Shown piece by piece: positions 33,471 through 48,770 of a stretch of 64,000 nucleotides of DNA. Source of the stretch: the human T2T-CHM13v2.0 reference genome, Homo sapiens; assembly GCF_009914755.1 (NCBI RefSeq), contig NC_060926.1; one strand, written 5' to 3'. Position numbers and translations under genes: made by a program. Under the pieces are notes generated by a model, which saw only the letters and a program-made list of their open reading frames with translations, had not been told where the DNA came from and did not search any database. Numbering within the stretch: position 1 is the stretch's first letter; every line of letters starts with the position of its first letter.

Positions 33471-36097
33471 TCATCTACTCTTTAAAAATCTTTAATAGGA
33501 GCCACAATTTGCTCCTTGTCAGGAGAGCCTTATTCTAAGGTAATAACATAATGATTTCTTTACTTTCCCAGTCTGGGTGGCATAAGGGGTATTGGGGGTG
33601 CTTTTGGGGGATGCATGTAGTCCTCTGCTTAAGTCCAGGTATGGGCAGCAGACCCAAAATGAATGAAGCAGCCTTCCAGCCTCTGCATTCAGTGAAGTTA
33701 CTGTGACATAACTCCTTGGGACATGACAGAACTGCTTTAAGAGTCTTAGGAGGAGTGAGAGATTTGGGGAACCCTGCATGAGGTGCAGGGGGTCCTTAAG
33801 GAGCAGCCTGGAACAATGTGGGGGTGGGGACGAAAGGCAGGTATTGTGGAAATTCTCAGAAACAAATAAGCCATTTCCATCATTTCTGTTCTGTCAAAAA
33901 AAGGAGGCCCAGAGCCCTATTGCCTTATTCAAGAGACAGATGTGTAGTAGATAGGATGTTGGTACAACTGTTCTAACAAAGGCCAAAGTAAAGTGACTTC
34001 AAACGAGATGGAAGGGTTATTCCTCTCTGATGGAAAAGTCTGAGCTGGCAGGCAGGGGGTCCCTGGGATCCATGAAGTCTAATTCAATTGCACAAATGCT
34101 TAATTGGGTGGCTACTAAGTACCACCTATAGCCCCATGTGTTATGTGAGCTGCTTGAAGGCAAGGATCATGCCTTATTCAGGCCTGGTAAATGTTTCCTA
34201 AATGAATGAATGAGTCAAATGTATGAATGAATGAATATGCTAAGTATTCAAAGGATTCAAAGATGACAAAACCAAGTTTCCTACCCTCAAGGCCTCACAG
34301 TGAAGACTTCAACTGCAGGCATGATGTTCACTGTGAGGAAACAGTGCCTCCCAGGGTTACTAAGGTCACAGCCCTCTAACTAGGGTGCAGTCAAGGAACC
34401 TACAGCCACCAGCCAGAACCTGCACCTTCACCATAGACCCAGAAGCAGCCAACAGGCAACAGGTAACTAATGCTGATGGGGAAGGAGGACACTGGCTCTG
34501 TCAGCTTCTCAGTGAGTGTCCCAGCAGCCAATGCCCTCATTAACCTGATAAGGCTGGTCTAATTCGTGGCTAGTGTACCAAGTCGTTTCATCATAGTGCA
34601 GTCTAGACCAGAGATTTTTGTAAGAACCACCTATCTAGACCCATTCTAGCTAGCACCTGGGAGCTTATTAGAAAAGAGAATCTGGGGTCTCACCCCAGAC
34701 CTGCCTGTTAACAAGGTCCTCAAGTGATTCGTATGCCCACTGATGTCTGGGAAACACTGAAATCTATTCATCGAGGAAACTGGGTTTCAGATTCAAAAGA
34801 CATGGATTCCTTTACCAGCTGTGCCTTTGATTAAGTCTGTAGTTTAGGGAAGGGCGGATTGCTTCTCTGGGCCTTGGTCTCCTTTCCCATAAACCAAGGA
34901 GGTCGGGATGGATCATCTCTAGGGCCCCATCCCATTCTCATGCTCTGGCCGTCTATGAGTCGCTCAGGCTTGCACAGTGGTAGGCTGTAGATCCAGGACT
35001 GGGGCGGGGCCTCCTTCCCAAGCTCATCCCCCACCCCCACTTCCGGGGAAGGCTGGTCTGCCACCTTCACTGTGTCCTACATAAATCTCTTCTACCACCC
35101 AGCCTCCCTCAGGTGACAGCCTGGGAGGAGGCCATCCCTGTGCCATTTGTGAGCCCTGGCTCAGTGCAGCAACAAGTGAGTGAGAGCTCAATGGGTCAAG
35201 ATGGGAGCACTGCTTTGCCACGGTTCTCTGGCATGGCATGAGGACTCCATAAACCTCTGGGCCTCTGGAGGCTTCCACTTCCTGATCTGAAAATAACAAA
35301 ATTGACCTTCCAATCTCTGTTTCTCACTTTCTGTGATTCAATGACATTGGAACTGTTTCTGTTAAGGGGAAAAGCAGAATCCACGGTGCTACCACTGAGA
35401 TAGCTCCATGGTTCAGCCTCCAGGTTCAGGCCGTCTTAAGTCTTTAACCACCGACTGCATGAATGGAAGCTTCCATTATTCACTCAGCATACACTTGCTG
35501 ATCCCTACTAAGTTTCATAGCCTTCATGGTTGGATAAAACACACTCCTTACTGCAGCTCCCGCTTTGGTGGAGGAAACAGATATGTGTGCAGACAGCTCC
35601 AGTGAGTGGAGTGTGATCAGTGCTCTAAGAGAATACAGGAAGGACAACTGATCCAGACCGGGGCAGAAATCTGATCCAGATAGAGAGAAATCAGGTAGGG
35701 CTTCCTGTAGGAGGTAATGGCTGACATGAAGGAAGGCATTTACGAACCTAGACTGCGTTCACCCATTTGTGATGAAGACATCAAGAGAAGGCAGCAGTTC
35801 ACACTCCCTGTGTGCCAGGCACCAGGCTATGCATTTTCTGTAAAGTGCCTCATTTAACTTTTATACTAATCCTGTAAAGAAGCAGGCCTTGGTATCCCTA
35901 TTTGTCAGATGAGACAATTGAGGCACAGAGTGGTTAAGTACCACATCCTTGGTCGCAGAGCTGGGCAACAGTGAGGCTGACCTCCCCAGGCTGTCTGCAT
36001 AGATTAATGCTGGATGTTAACAGCTATCAAAAAGAGGGTTCGCCCCCCACGGGAGAAAACAGCAAGGTCCGGGGAAATAGAGATTTAAAGAAATACT

Positions 36098-36202
36098 ACA
36101 CACACACACACACACACACAGACATATACACACACACATTCATACATAGACACACACACAGACACATATACACAGACACACATGCACACACACACACACA
36201 CC
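36098..36202. repeat. Imperfect (CA)n microsatellite, ~105 bp
   Basis: Direct reading; interrupted CA array just upstream of the CpG island. Confidence 0.92.
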
Positions 36203-36269
36203 CCAACTAGAGAAATATGAATGAAAAGATTCTTCAAGCAGTTTTTTTAAAGGGAATAAAAAGGTGTGG

Positions 36270-36550
36270 CCAATCGGGGAGGGAGGCCAAAGTGGTCCAG
36301 CAGTGCGGCATCTGCGCCTCCGCGGCGGCAGGGGCCCCGCAGCAGGCGCGCTGGGAGCAGCTTCTCTCGGGGCCTGCCGCGTTTATGGCTTCAATAGCGC
36401 CGCTCCGGGTCCCCGCGGCGTCGGAGAGGCTTCTGCCTAGCGCCTCTCTGCTGCGCGAGGTCGTCCCGGCCTTACAAAAGGAGCTCCTCGCTGGTGAGCT
36501 CAAGACCCCAGGCGGGCTCTCCCCGAAGGGTCACTTCTCCGAGTGTGTCG
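36270..36550. promoter_or_regulatory. Small intronic CpG island with CCAAT box; candidate internal promoter/enhancer
   Basis: About 29 CpGs in ~280 bp (hand count) in sequence I do not recognise as a repeat; ggCCAATcgg at 36270-36274; donor-like CTG|GTGAGC at 36493/36494. Confidence 0.7.
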
Positions 36551-36824
36551 CCTCCTTTAGTCTTTTCTTTTCCTCTCTGTGGTGGCTTGTGATGTCTCTA
36601 ACGCTGGGGCCTCCTATGGACTCCATCCCGAGATGGAGACTGGCAGAGCTAGAAGGTCTAAACATCTGAAAAGCAGGCACGCATAGTCCCTGGGGAGAAG
36701 GCAGGGAGGCAGGCAAACCCCTGGAGTGCCACCCAAACAATTGGACTTTTTAATTGATACTGTTTTATTTTGGCCAATTTTCCACTTAGGGGTGGAGAAA
36801 AGGGAAGTAATTTTTGGCATTTAC

Positions 36825-37100
36825 TTTTTTTTTTTTTTTTTTTTTGGAGACAGAGTCTTACTCTGTTGCCCAGGCTTGAGTGCAGTGGCGTGATGGCTCA
36901 CTGCAACCTCCGCCTCCCAGGTTCAAGCAAGTCAGCCGCCTCAACCTCTCGAGTAGCTGGGATTGCAGGCGCCTGCCACCACGCCCTGCTAATTTTTGTA
37001 TTTTTAGTAGAGACGGGTTTTCGCCAGGCTGTTTGCGGGCTTACGCCCGCGTCGGCCTCCCAAACTGTTGGGATTACAGGCGTGAGCCACCGCGCCTGGC
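36825..37100 (-). mobile_element. Alu with rearranged left arm and many retained CpGs
   Basis: Alu body; TSD tttttggcatttact. Confidence 0.9.
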
Positions 37101-37109
37101 CATTTTTGG

Positions 37110-37320
37110 CATTTACTATGAAGCAAGACGTAATGCTAGGTGCTTTATGTACTTTGAGCTTATTTTATCCTCACTTTAACCTTATGAGGCAAAGTGCATT
37201 GTTTCTATTCCACAGATGAGGAAAATGAGGCTCAAAGAGGTTAGGTAACTTGCCCAAGGGGCACACAGCCAGTAAGTGGAGAAGCTGAGAGATGAACCCA
37301 GGTTTCTATGACTCCATGCT
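37110..37320. mobile_element. MIR
   Basis: acagatgaggaaaatgaggctcaaagaggttaggtaacttgcccaagg. Confidence 0.8.
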
Positions 37321-38265
37321 CCTTGAATCTTTGAGTTGTGATGCCATCCCTGTGTTTCTGAGAGGAAATAGTAAAAAGTCAGGGAAACATCACGAAATTA
37401 TGGCAGTATGTTTTTTAAGCCAGCATGAATCTTGGAGGTGATCTAGAAGTTCTTTTATATTATGGATGAAGAAACCTGAGGCCTACAAGTCAAGAGAATC
37501 GTGCATGACAACTAATTATTAAAACCAGGGTAACTGGAGTCTGCCCAGTGTTAGTGGTTATCTAGTTCAGTTCAGTTCCGTTCAGGTCAGTTTCGTTTTG
37601 AAGACTTTTCCTTGGGCAGTTTCCAGCTTCAGGAATAAACAGCTCCAGAAGGAGCAAGTGTAATGATTGCCTGACCTGTGCAAAGAAGTGAGGAGTAGCC
37701 AGTGCTGGAAAAGTTCCTCCTAACACTGTGGAGAAAACAGGGAGACCAGAAGTGTGTGCCCAGGAGTCCTGGTGGTGCCACTCACCAGAATCTACAGCCT
37801 GGAAGATGGCACCATGCAAAGGTCTGGGGCTCCTTGCTCCCCACATTGCCCAGTATGATGCCTGCACAGTCATGGCACAGCACACTGCCAGGCCCTGCTA
37901 TCTGCAGCCTGCAGTACTAGGTGCAAAATATTCTGCTAGTCCTTAGCACCTACATGACCTAACTCTGGTACTGCTCTATTTTTCCTCTGGGAAGTATTTC
38001 AAAGTTCTCCTTCATATTGGAAGAGGAGGAAGTAGGAAGTGGTGCACGCTTAAGAATGTTTCTGGTTTACTCCTACACAGCCCAGACTGGGGAAGTCCCC
38101 CGGGAAGTCCCCCAGAGTCCCAGAGAACAGCAGTCGTCCCTTGATTCTGAAAATTCTCTTCACCTTCCAGGAAGAAAAGCTCATTTCTAACAAGAGACCT
38201 AAATTTGTCAAAACCCAAAAGCAGCTAAAACTAGAGATAAGGACAACATAAGAAAGGAAAATTAT

Positions 38266-38590
<325 letters not shown>

Positions 38591-38929
38591 TTATGATCAA
38601 ACATACAAAACTCCTAAATAAACTATTAACCAATCAAATTCTTAAGCTTATATTTTTAAAAGTATTAACAATACACACAACTGAATTTGGTTTATCACAA
38701 GAATTCAAAGAGGGTCTAACATATGAAAATATATTTATAATCCACACTAAGAGGTTAGTGGGGAAAAGCCTTAGGGTCATCTCAATAGATGCAAAAGGAA
38801 AAAAATAAAATTCACCCATTCCCAATTAAAACTTATCAGACTAAGAATAGAAGAGGGCTTCTTGATTTTGACAAAGAGTATCCATGAAAAACCTATAGTA
38901 AACATCACACTTGAATACTTGAATGGTAG

Positions 38930-39484
<555 letters not shown>

Positions 39485-39779
39485 TAAATACAGATCAATA
39501 CACAGAAATCAATTGTGTAAAAAATAGTGTTTGAAAACATAAAGCACAATTTAAAAATAGAATTTAAAAGGAATTGTTATTATGGAAAACTGCAAACATA
39601 CACAGAAGTGAACAGAGCAGCACAGTGAATCCCATATACCCATCTCTTGGCCAGTGTTGTTCACCTGTATCTCCAACTCCTTTCTCTCTCCCATGTTATT
39701 TTGAAACAAATTTTAGGCTCATATCATTTTATTCATATATACTTGAGAACATATCTCTCAAAGATGAGAAATGACTTTT

Positions 39780-39873
39780 TTTATTATTATTATACTTTAA
39801 GTTTTAGGGTACATGTGCACAATGTGCAGGTTAGTTACATATGTATACATGTGCCATGCTGGTGCGCTGCACC
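39780..39873 (-). mobile_element. Very short 5'-truncated young L1 (L1PA2/PA3-like) 3' end
   Basis: Reverse complement ggtgcagcgcaccagcatggcacatgtatacatatgtaactaacctgcacattgtgcacatgtaccctaaaacttaaagtataat + A tail; perfect 14-bp TSD gagaaatgactttt (39766-39779/39874-39887). Confidence 0.93.
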
Positions 39874-40377
39874 GAGAAATGACTTTTAACATAATCATGA
39901 TACCATTATTACACCCAAAATTTAAATAATTATTTAATATAATTGAATATTCAGTCAGTTTTCAAAGTTCAAATTGTCCCATAATTATTATAATTGTTTT
40001 GGAATTTGCAAACCAACTGTTTACAATTGGTTGATATGACCTTTAAATCTCATTGAATTTATAAGTTCCCTTCCATTTCTTTTTTTTCCCCCTTTTAGTG
40101 TATTTGTAGGAAATTGGGTCACTTGTCTTGTTGAGTTTCAATCTAGACTTTGCTGATTGCGTCCTCATAGTGTAGTTTAACATGTTTCTCTGTCTTCCAC
40201 ATGTCCTGTAAGTTAACACTTGGGTCTAGAAACTTGATCAGATTCCGGTTTGGTTTGGTTTTTCCTTTTGGCAGTCTATAAATTCAGTGCAATTTCAATT
40301 TTAAAAATCCCCAACAGGGTTTTTGGCAGAACATGATTAGCTGATATTAAAATTCATATAGAAAAGCCAGAAATAGT

Positions 40378-40758
40378 TGTCATGGTCTGAATGTTTGTGT
40401 CCCCCAAAAATTCACATGCTGAAACCTCATCACCAATGTAAAGGTATTTGGAGGTTGGGCCTCTGGGAGGTGATTAAGTCATGAGGGCAGAGCCCTCATA
40501 AATGAGATTAGTGCCTTTACAAAAGAGGCCCCAGAGAGCTATCTTGCCCCTTTTATCATGTGAGGACACAAAAGAAGGTGCCCTCCATGAACCAGAAAGT
40601 GAGACTTCCCCAGACACTGAATGTCCCCAGACACTGAATGTTCCAGCACCTTGATCTTGAACTTTCCAGCCTCTAGACCCACAAGAAATAAATTTCTGTT
40701 GTTTCTAAGCTACCCAGTTTATGGTATTTTGTTATAGCAGCCTGAACAGACTAAGATA
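40378..40758 (+). mobile_element. MLT1A-type MaLR solo LTR
   Basis: tgtcatggtctgaatgtttgtgtcccccaaaaattcac...aataaatttctgttgtt...gttatagcagcctgaacagactaagata. Confidence 0.88.
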
Positions 40759-41163
40759 TTAGCCAGTATAATTTTGAAAAAAAATAAAGTGGAAGTTTGC
40801 CCTGACAAATATAAAAACTTATTTTAAAGCTGTAAAAAATAAAACTGTGTGCTATTGGCTTAGAGACAGACAGAAGAGAATAGAGAATCCAGAAATAAAT
40901 GTGCCCACATATGGAAACTTGATATATGGCAATGGCATTATAAAGGGAAATAGTGGAGAAAGGATGATCTATTATTCACTATATAATTTTGAGACAACTG
41001 GTTATGCAATTTTAAAATTCTCACCTCACAAAATATCAGGTGTATTCAGGAGCTTAATGTCAAAAAGCAAAATTTAACTTTTAGAGGAAAATATAGCAGA
41101 ATATTTTTATGAATTTTGGAAAGGAAAAAACTTTTTACCTATTATTCATAACACAAACCATAA

Positions 41164-41475
<312 letters not shown>

Positions 41476-42351
41476 AATGAATCTGACTATATTAAAGTTT
41501 GAAGTTTTCAACAAGACAACATGAAGTTAAAAGCCAAATTGCAGATTAGAAGGAGATACCTGCAATGCATGTAACCAACAAAGCATTAGTAACCAAAATG
41601 CAGCAGCATTTCTTCCCTCTACAAATAGGGAAAGAAAAAGACAATCAACCCAAAGGAAAAATGAGCAAATGATGTGAACAGGCAACTAACAGAAGAAGAA
41701 ACACAAATAAATGGCCATAGAGAAAAAAAAGTTCTCCTTACTAATCAGGAAAATCCCAGTTAAAACAAAAAGATATCATTTCATATATATCAGACCAGCA
41801 AAAGTTTAAAAGTCTATAAACACTATTAATGAGGATATAAAGTTTTAGTAATTTAGAGCAATTTGAAAATATTCAATAAATTGAAGATGCATATATCCTG
41901 CATCCCAACAAGTTCATTCCCAGGTATCCTTTAGAGAAAGCATGTATGAACAGTGACTCACCTAAAAAGGTTCATTGAAACATTATTAATAATCATAAAC
42001 AATTGGAAATAATCAAAATGGCCACCAATAGTAAAATGGATTTTTAAATGGTCACATATTTATACAACGGAATACTATATGATAGCTGAAAATAAAATTA
42101 CATGTATTAATATGGGTTAATCCCAAAAGACTTATTAAGGGTTTTTTGCCTTATTAAGCAAAATAAGGCAAGTTGAACAAGTTACATAAATAATATCATT
42201 TATGTAAAGTTTTAATTTGTAAAAAATACTATATATTGTTTACATGTGCATGTATATGTAATACAGATATAAAAATATATATGAGGATTGATGAATATCA
42301 AATTGAAGAGACTGATTACCTCTGGGAGGGAGAGGGAAATGGGATTATATG

Positions 42352-42830
42352 TGTCTTAATCCATTTTGTGATGCTATAACAGAATGCCTGAGATTGGGTA
42401 ATTTATGAAGAACAGAACAGTCTCCCACAGTTCTGGAGGCTGAGAAGCCCAAGATCAAGATGCAGGTTTCTTACTGTGTCCTCACGTGGTGGGAGGCAAA
42501 AAGGCAAAAGAGAGGGAACTCATTCCCACAAGCCCTTTTTCTTTTTTTAGAGATGGGGTCTCTCTATGTTGCCCAGGCTCAACCTGAATTCCTGGACTCA
42601 CACTATCCACAGCCTCAGTGTCCCGAGTAGCTGAGACTACAGGTGTGCATCACTGTGCCCAGCCCACAAACCCTTTTTATAGCAGCATTAATCCATTCAT
42701 GAGGATGGAGCCCTCCATGACCTAAACACTTTTTATTAAGCCCCACCTCCCAACACTGCTGCATTGAATATTGATTGAGTTTCCAACACACAAATTTTGA
42801 AGGAGACGATAACATTCACACCATAGTAGC
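42352..42830 (-). mobile_element. MaLR LTR (MST/MLT1A-like) interrupted by an Alu monomer (~42535-42665)
   Basis: tgtcttaatccattttgtgatgctataacagaatgcctgagattgggtaattta...cacagttctggaggctgagaag...aacattcacaccatag. Confidence 0.8.
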
Positions 42831-42879
42831 ATGTGATAAATGAAGTCTTGGACTGTGTCTTAAATGTTTGATTTCTTTA

Positions 42880-43237
<358 letters not shown>

Positions 43238-43510
43238 TTACAAAACTAAGTGGCAATGAGTATACAGTATTTTTCCTATACTGTGAACGCTTAAGATATT
43301 TTATAGACTTTTAAAAAGTACTTAAAAGTTGTAAGTTATTCAAAGCACTGACTTCGTTTGTTCCAATACTTCCTAAATATCAGGTTATTTTACTAAGAGA
43401 AAAAAAAAATCACCCTTCTATGGCCCACATCCCAAAACTGGGAAGGTTTCAATTCTAATCACAATGGAAGTTTCACCAATGTACAACCTCAGCTTTTGGT
43501 CAATACAAAT

Positions 43511-43524
43511 ACGCCCTCTGCTGG
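43511..43524 (-). promoter_or_regulatory. Candidate CTCF core motif
   Basis: Minus strand CCAGCAGAGGGCGT matches the CTCF core CC(A/G)(C/G)(C/T)AG(A/G)(G/T)GGC(A/G). Motif match only. Confidence 0.6.
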
Positions 43525-44250
43525 TTCTATCATGCCCTGTCCCAGAGTTCAAAATAGTTGAGAAGAGCAGTGAAGGTCTTCAGTGAGAGTTTTTTCGCGC
43601 CAGTCATGTTAAGGAAAGAAATACTCACAGAACTACCCTTTGGCACCAAGATACTTTAATCAGCTTCTGCTCTCTGTTAATGTTACATATTATCCAAGAC
43701 AAAATAAATTCCAAGGTGCAGCCCCAGTCAACCTTTCCAATTCCTCAACCACCTTTGCGCGTTAACAATCTTGTGCCCCTCTAAAGTCTGGTGGTTGATT
43801 TGAGAGACAGTGGACACCTCCCTGAACCTGAGTAGAAGTAGAAGAAAACCAAAGTTGCAAAGAAGCTCCTGGGCGGGGAAACCACAAAATAACATTGAAA
43901 AACAGATTAACTGTAGTATTAAGGGAATGATGCCAATGGAATAATGGGTGAACTTTTTCTTTTCAAATCTTTCTTTAAAAGTATAACATCTTCAAATAAA
44001 ACTGAGAAGAAATAAATTAATTCATGCAAGAATCTACTTCTCAAGAGAGAAAGGCACTAATTGAATATTAGAGTCTTCCTTTCAAAAACAGTTTTGTGTT
44101 TTGAGGTTGGTTTTGTTTTAATATTCATCTTCCCCACTGGAATGTAAGCTCCCTTAGACCAGCATCTGTGTCTATCTGATTCAAATTGGTACAAATTTTC
44201 TAGGGAACAATTTGGCAGTAGGCATTGTGACTTAAAAACTGTACATACTT

Positions 44251-45455
<1,205 letters not shown>

Positions 45456-45520
45456 AGACTGTACATCCTTTAATCAGAAATATGAACAAAGAGTAAATTT
45501 TTTAATAATCAAAACATTCC

Positions 45521-46578
45521 TGACCAGATGCTGTGGTTCACACCTGTAATCCCAATACTTTGGGAGGCCAAGGCGGGTGGATCACTCGAGGCCAGGGTTT
45601 AAGACCAGCCTGGCCAACATAGCAAAACCCAGTCTCTACTAAAAATACAAAAAATTAGCTGGGCATGATGGTGCATGCGTGTAACCCCTGCTGCTCAGGA
45701 GGCTGAGGGATGAGAATCGGTTGAACCCAGGAGGTAGAGGTTGTAGTGAGCCGAGATCGCACCACTGCACTCCAGCCTGGGCGACAGAGCGAGACTGTCT
45801 CAGAAACAAAACAAAATAAAAATTCCTTTCAAGGATATTCTATGCAAAGTTCTTTATGGTTATAAAAAATAGAAGCGATATGAATTTTTAAAATTACATG
45901 TTTGGTTAAGTCACTTATGGTACATTCATACGATAACATACTGTGCTGCAATTAAAAATTTTTTTTGAGACAGGGTCCCACTCTGTCTTTCAGGCTGGAG
46001 TGCAGTGGTGCCATCACAGCTCACGGCAGCTTCGATCTCCCAAGCTCAAGCGATCCTCCCACCTCAGCCCCCTGAGTAGCTGGGATGACAGGCTTATGCC
46101 ACCATGCCCAGCTGATTTTTCTATTTTTTGTAGAGACAGGATCTCACCATGCTGCCCAGGTTGGTCTCAAACTCCTGTGCTCAAGCGATCTGCCTGCCTC
46201 AGCCTCCCAAAGTCCTGGGATTATACACATAAGCTACCACATCTAGCCTAAAATCATTTTTAAGAACATTTAGGCCAGGCGTGGCAGCTTATGCCTGTCA
46301 TGTCAACACTTTGGGAAGTTGAGGCAGGAGAATTGCTTGAGGCCAAGAGTTTGAGACCTGCCTGAGCAACATGACAAGACCCTGTCTCTACAAAAAGAAA
46401 AATTTTAAAACATTAGCTGGGTGTGGTGGTGTACACCTGTAGCCTCAGCTATTCAGGAGGCTGAGGTGGGAGGTCCCTTGAGCCCGGGAGTTCAAAGTTA
46501 CAGTGAGCTGTGATCATGCCACTGCACTCCACCCTGAGCAACAGAGCGAGACCCTGTCTCTAAGAATAAAAAAAAAAA
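45521..46578. mobile_element. Three Alus (+: 45521-45820; -: 45958-46250; +: 46272-46578)
   Basis: Dimeric Alus; the last two are J-like and head-to-head. Confidence 0.9.
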
Positions 46579-46829
46579 TTAAGAATATTTAATTATATGG
46601 GAAAGTTGTAATATAAAAGTAGATTAAAATTGAATATACACTAATCAATTATATGGAAATATGATATTCATTATATATACATGAAAGCAAATACACCAAA
46701 ATATTTGCAGTAGTTGTATATGGGTAGAGTGAGAGAGCATGGTGAGATTTTTTTGGTTCTTGTTTGTTTTTACCGTGTGCTGGCACTGGTTTAGGCACTT
46801 TCCTTGTATTAACATATCTCTTGCTACTT

Positions 46830-47830
<1,001 letters not shown>

Positions 47831-48116
47831 AGTCATTCTAGTAGTTATGAGTTGACTGTGGGGGTTTTGTTTCTTCTTTATGATTTTTTTTGTGTTTTCC
47901 AATTTTTCTGCAATAAAATGTATCTTCCATAATCAAAAAATTATTTAAAGTAACTAAAACAAGATGTAGACTAGTCCAATATGAAGTCTTGGTCTGGAGA
48001 CTCTTCATTCTAAAAGAGTAGCCCAACACAGTCTGCAGAGCACCCAGCAAAGAGCACTAACTGTGTGGCCTGTGTAACCCTTCCTCATATCCTCATAAGA
48101 TAACATTTGTTTTTTT

Positions 48117-48770
48117 GGCCAGGCATGTTGCTTCATGCCTGTGATCCCAGCACTTTTGGAAGCTGAGGCGGGCGGATCGCTTGAGCCCAGAAGTTCGAGA
48201 CCAGCCTAGGCAACATAGTGAGACTCCGTCTATACGAAAAATAGAAAAAATTAGCCGAGTATAGTGGTGCACACCTGTGGTACTGGCCACTTGCGAGACA
48301 GGTGGGGAGGATTGGTTGAGCCCAAGAAGCTGAGGTTGCAGTGAGCCGGGATTGTGCCACTGCACTCCAGCCGGGGCGACAGAGCAAGGCTCTGTCTCAA
48401 AAAAAAAAAAAAGTTAACATTTGTTTTTTGGGGGGTTTTTGGGGGGTTTTTTAAATTTTTTTTTTTTTTTTTTTGAGACAGTCTCACTGGAGTGCAGTGG
48501 TGCTCCACTGGTGTGCAGTGGTGCTCATTGGAGTGCAGTGGTGCTATCTAAACTTACTGCAACCTCCACCTCCCAGGTTCAAGCTATTCTCTTGCCTCAG
48601 CCTCCCGAGTAGCAGGGACCACAGGCATGCACCACCACCACACCCAGCTAATTTTGTATTTTTAGTAGAGATGGGGTTTCACCATGTTAGCCAGGCTGGT
48701 CTCCAACTCCCGACCCCAGGTGATCTGCCTGCCTTGGCTTCCCAAAGTGTTGAGATTACAGGCGTGAGCC
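48117..48770. mobile_element. Tail-to-tail Alu pair (+: 48117-48412; -: ~48455-48770) sharing one target site
   Basis: taacatttgtttttt occurs at 48101-48115, 48415-48429 and 48771-48785. Confidence 0.92.

Noticed and set aside
36217-36669. 150-aa ORF as a standalone single-exon gene
   Set aside because: No recognisable domain; the 3' half runs past a strong donor into a pyrimidine-rich tract. Kept only as a possible spliced first exon.
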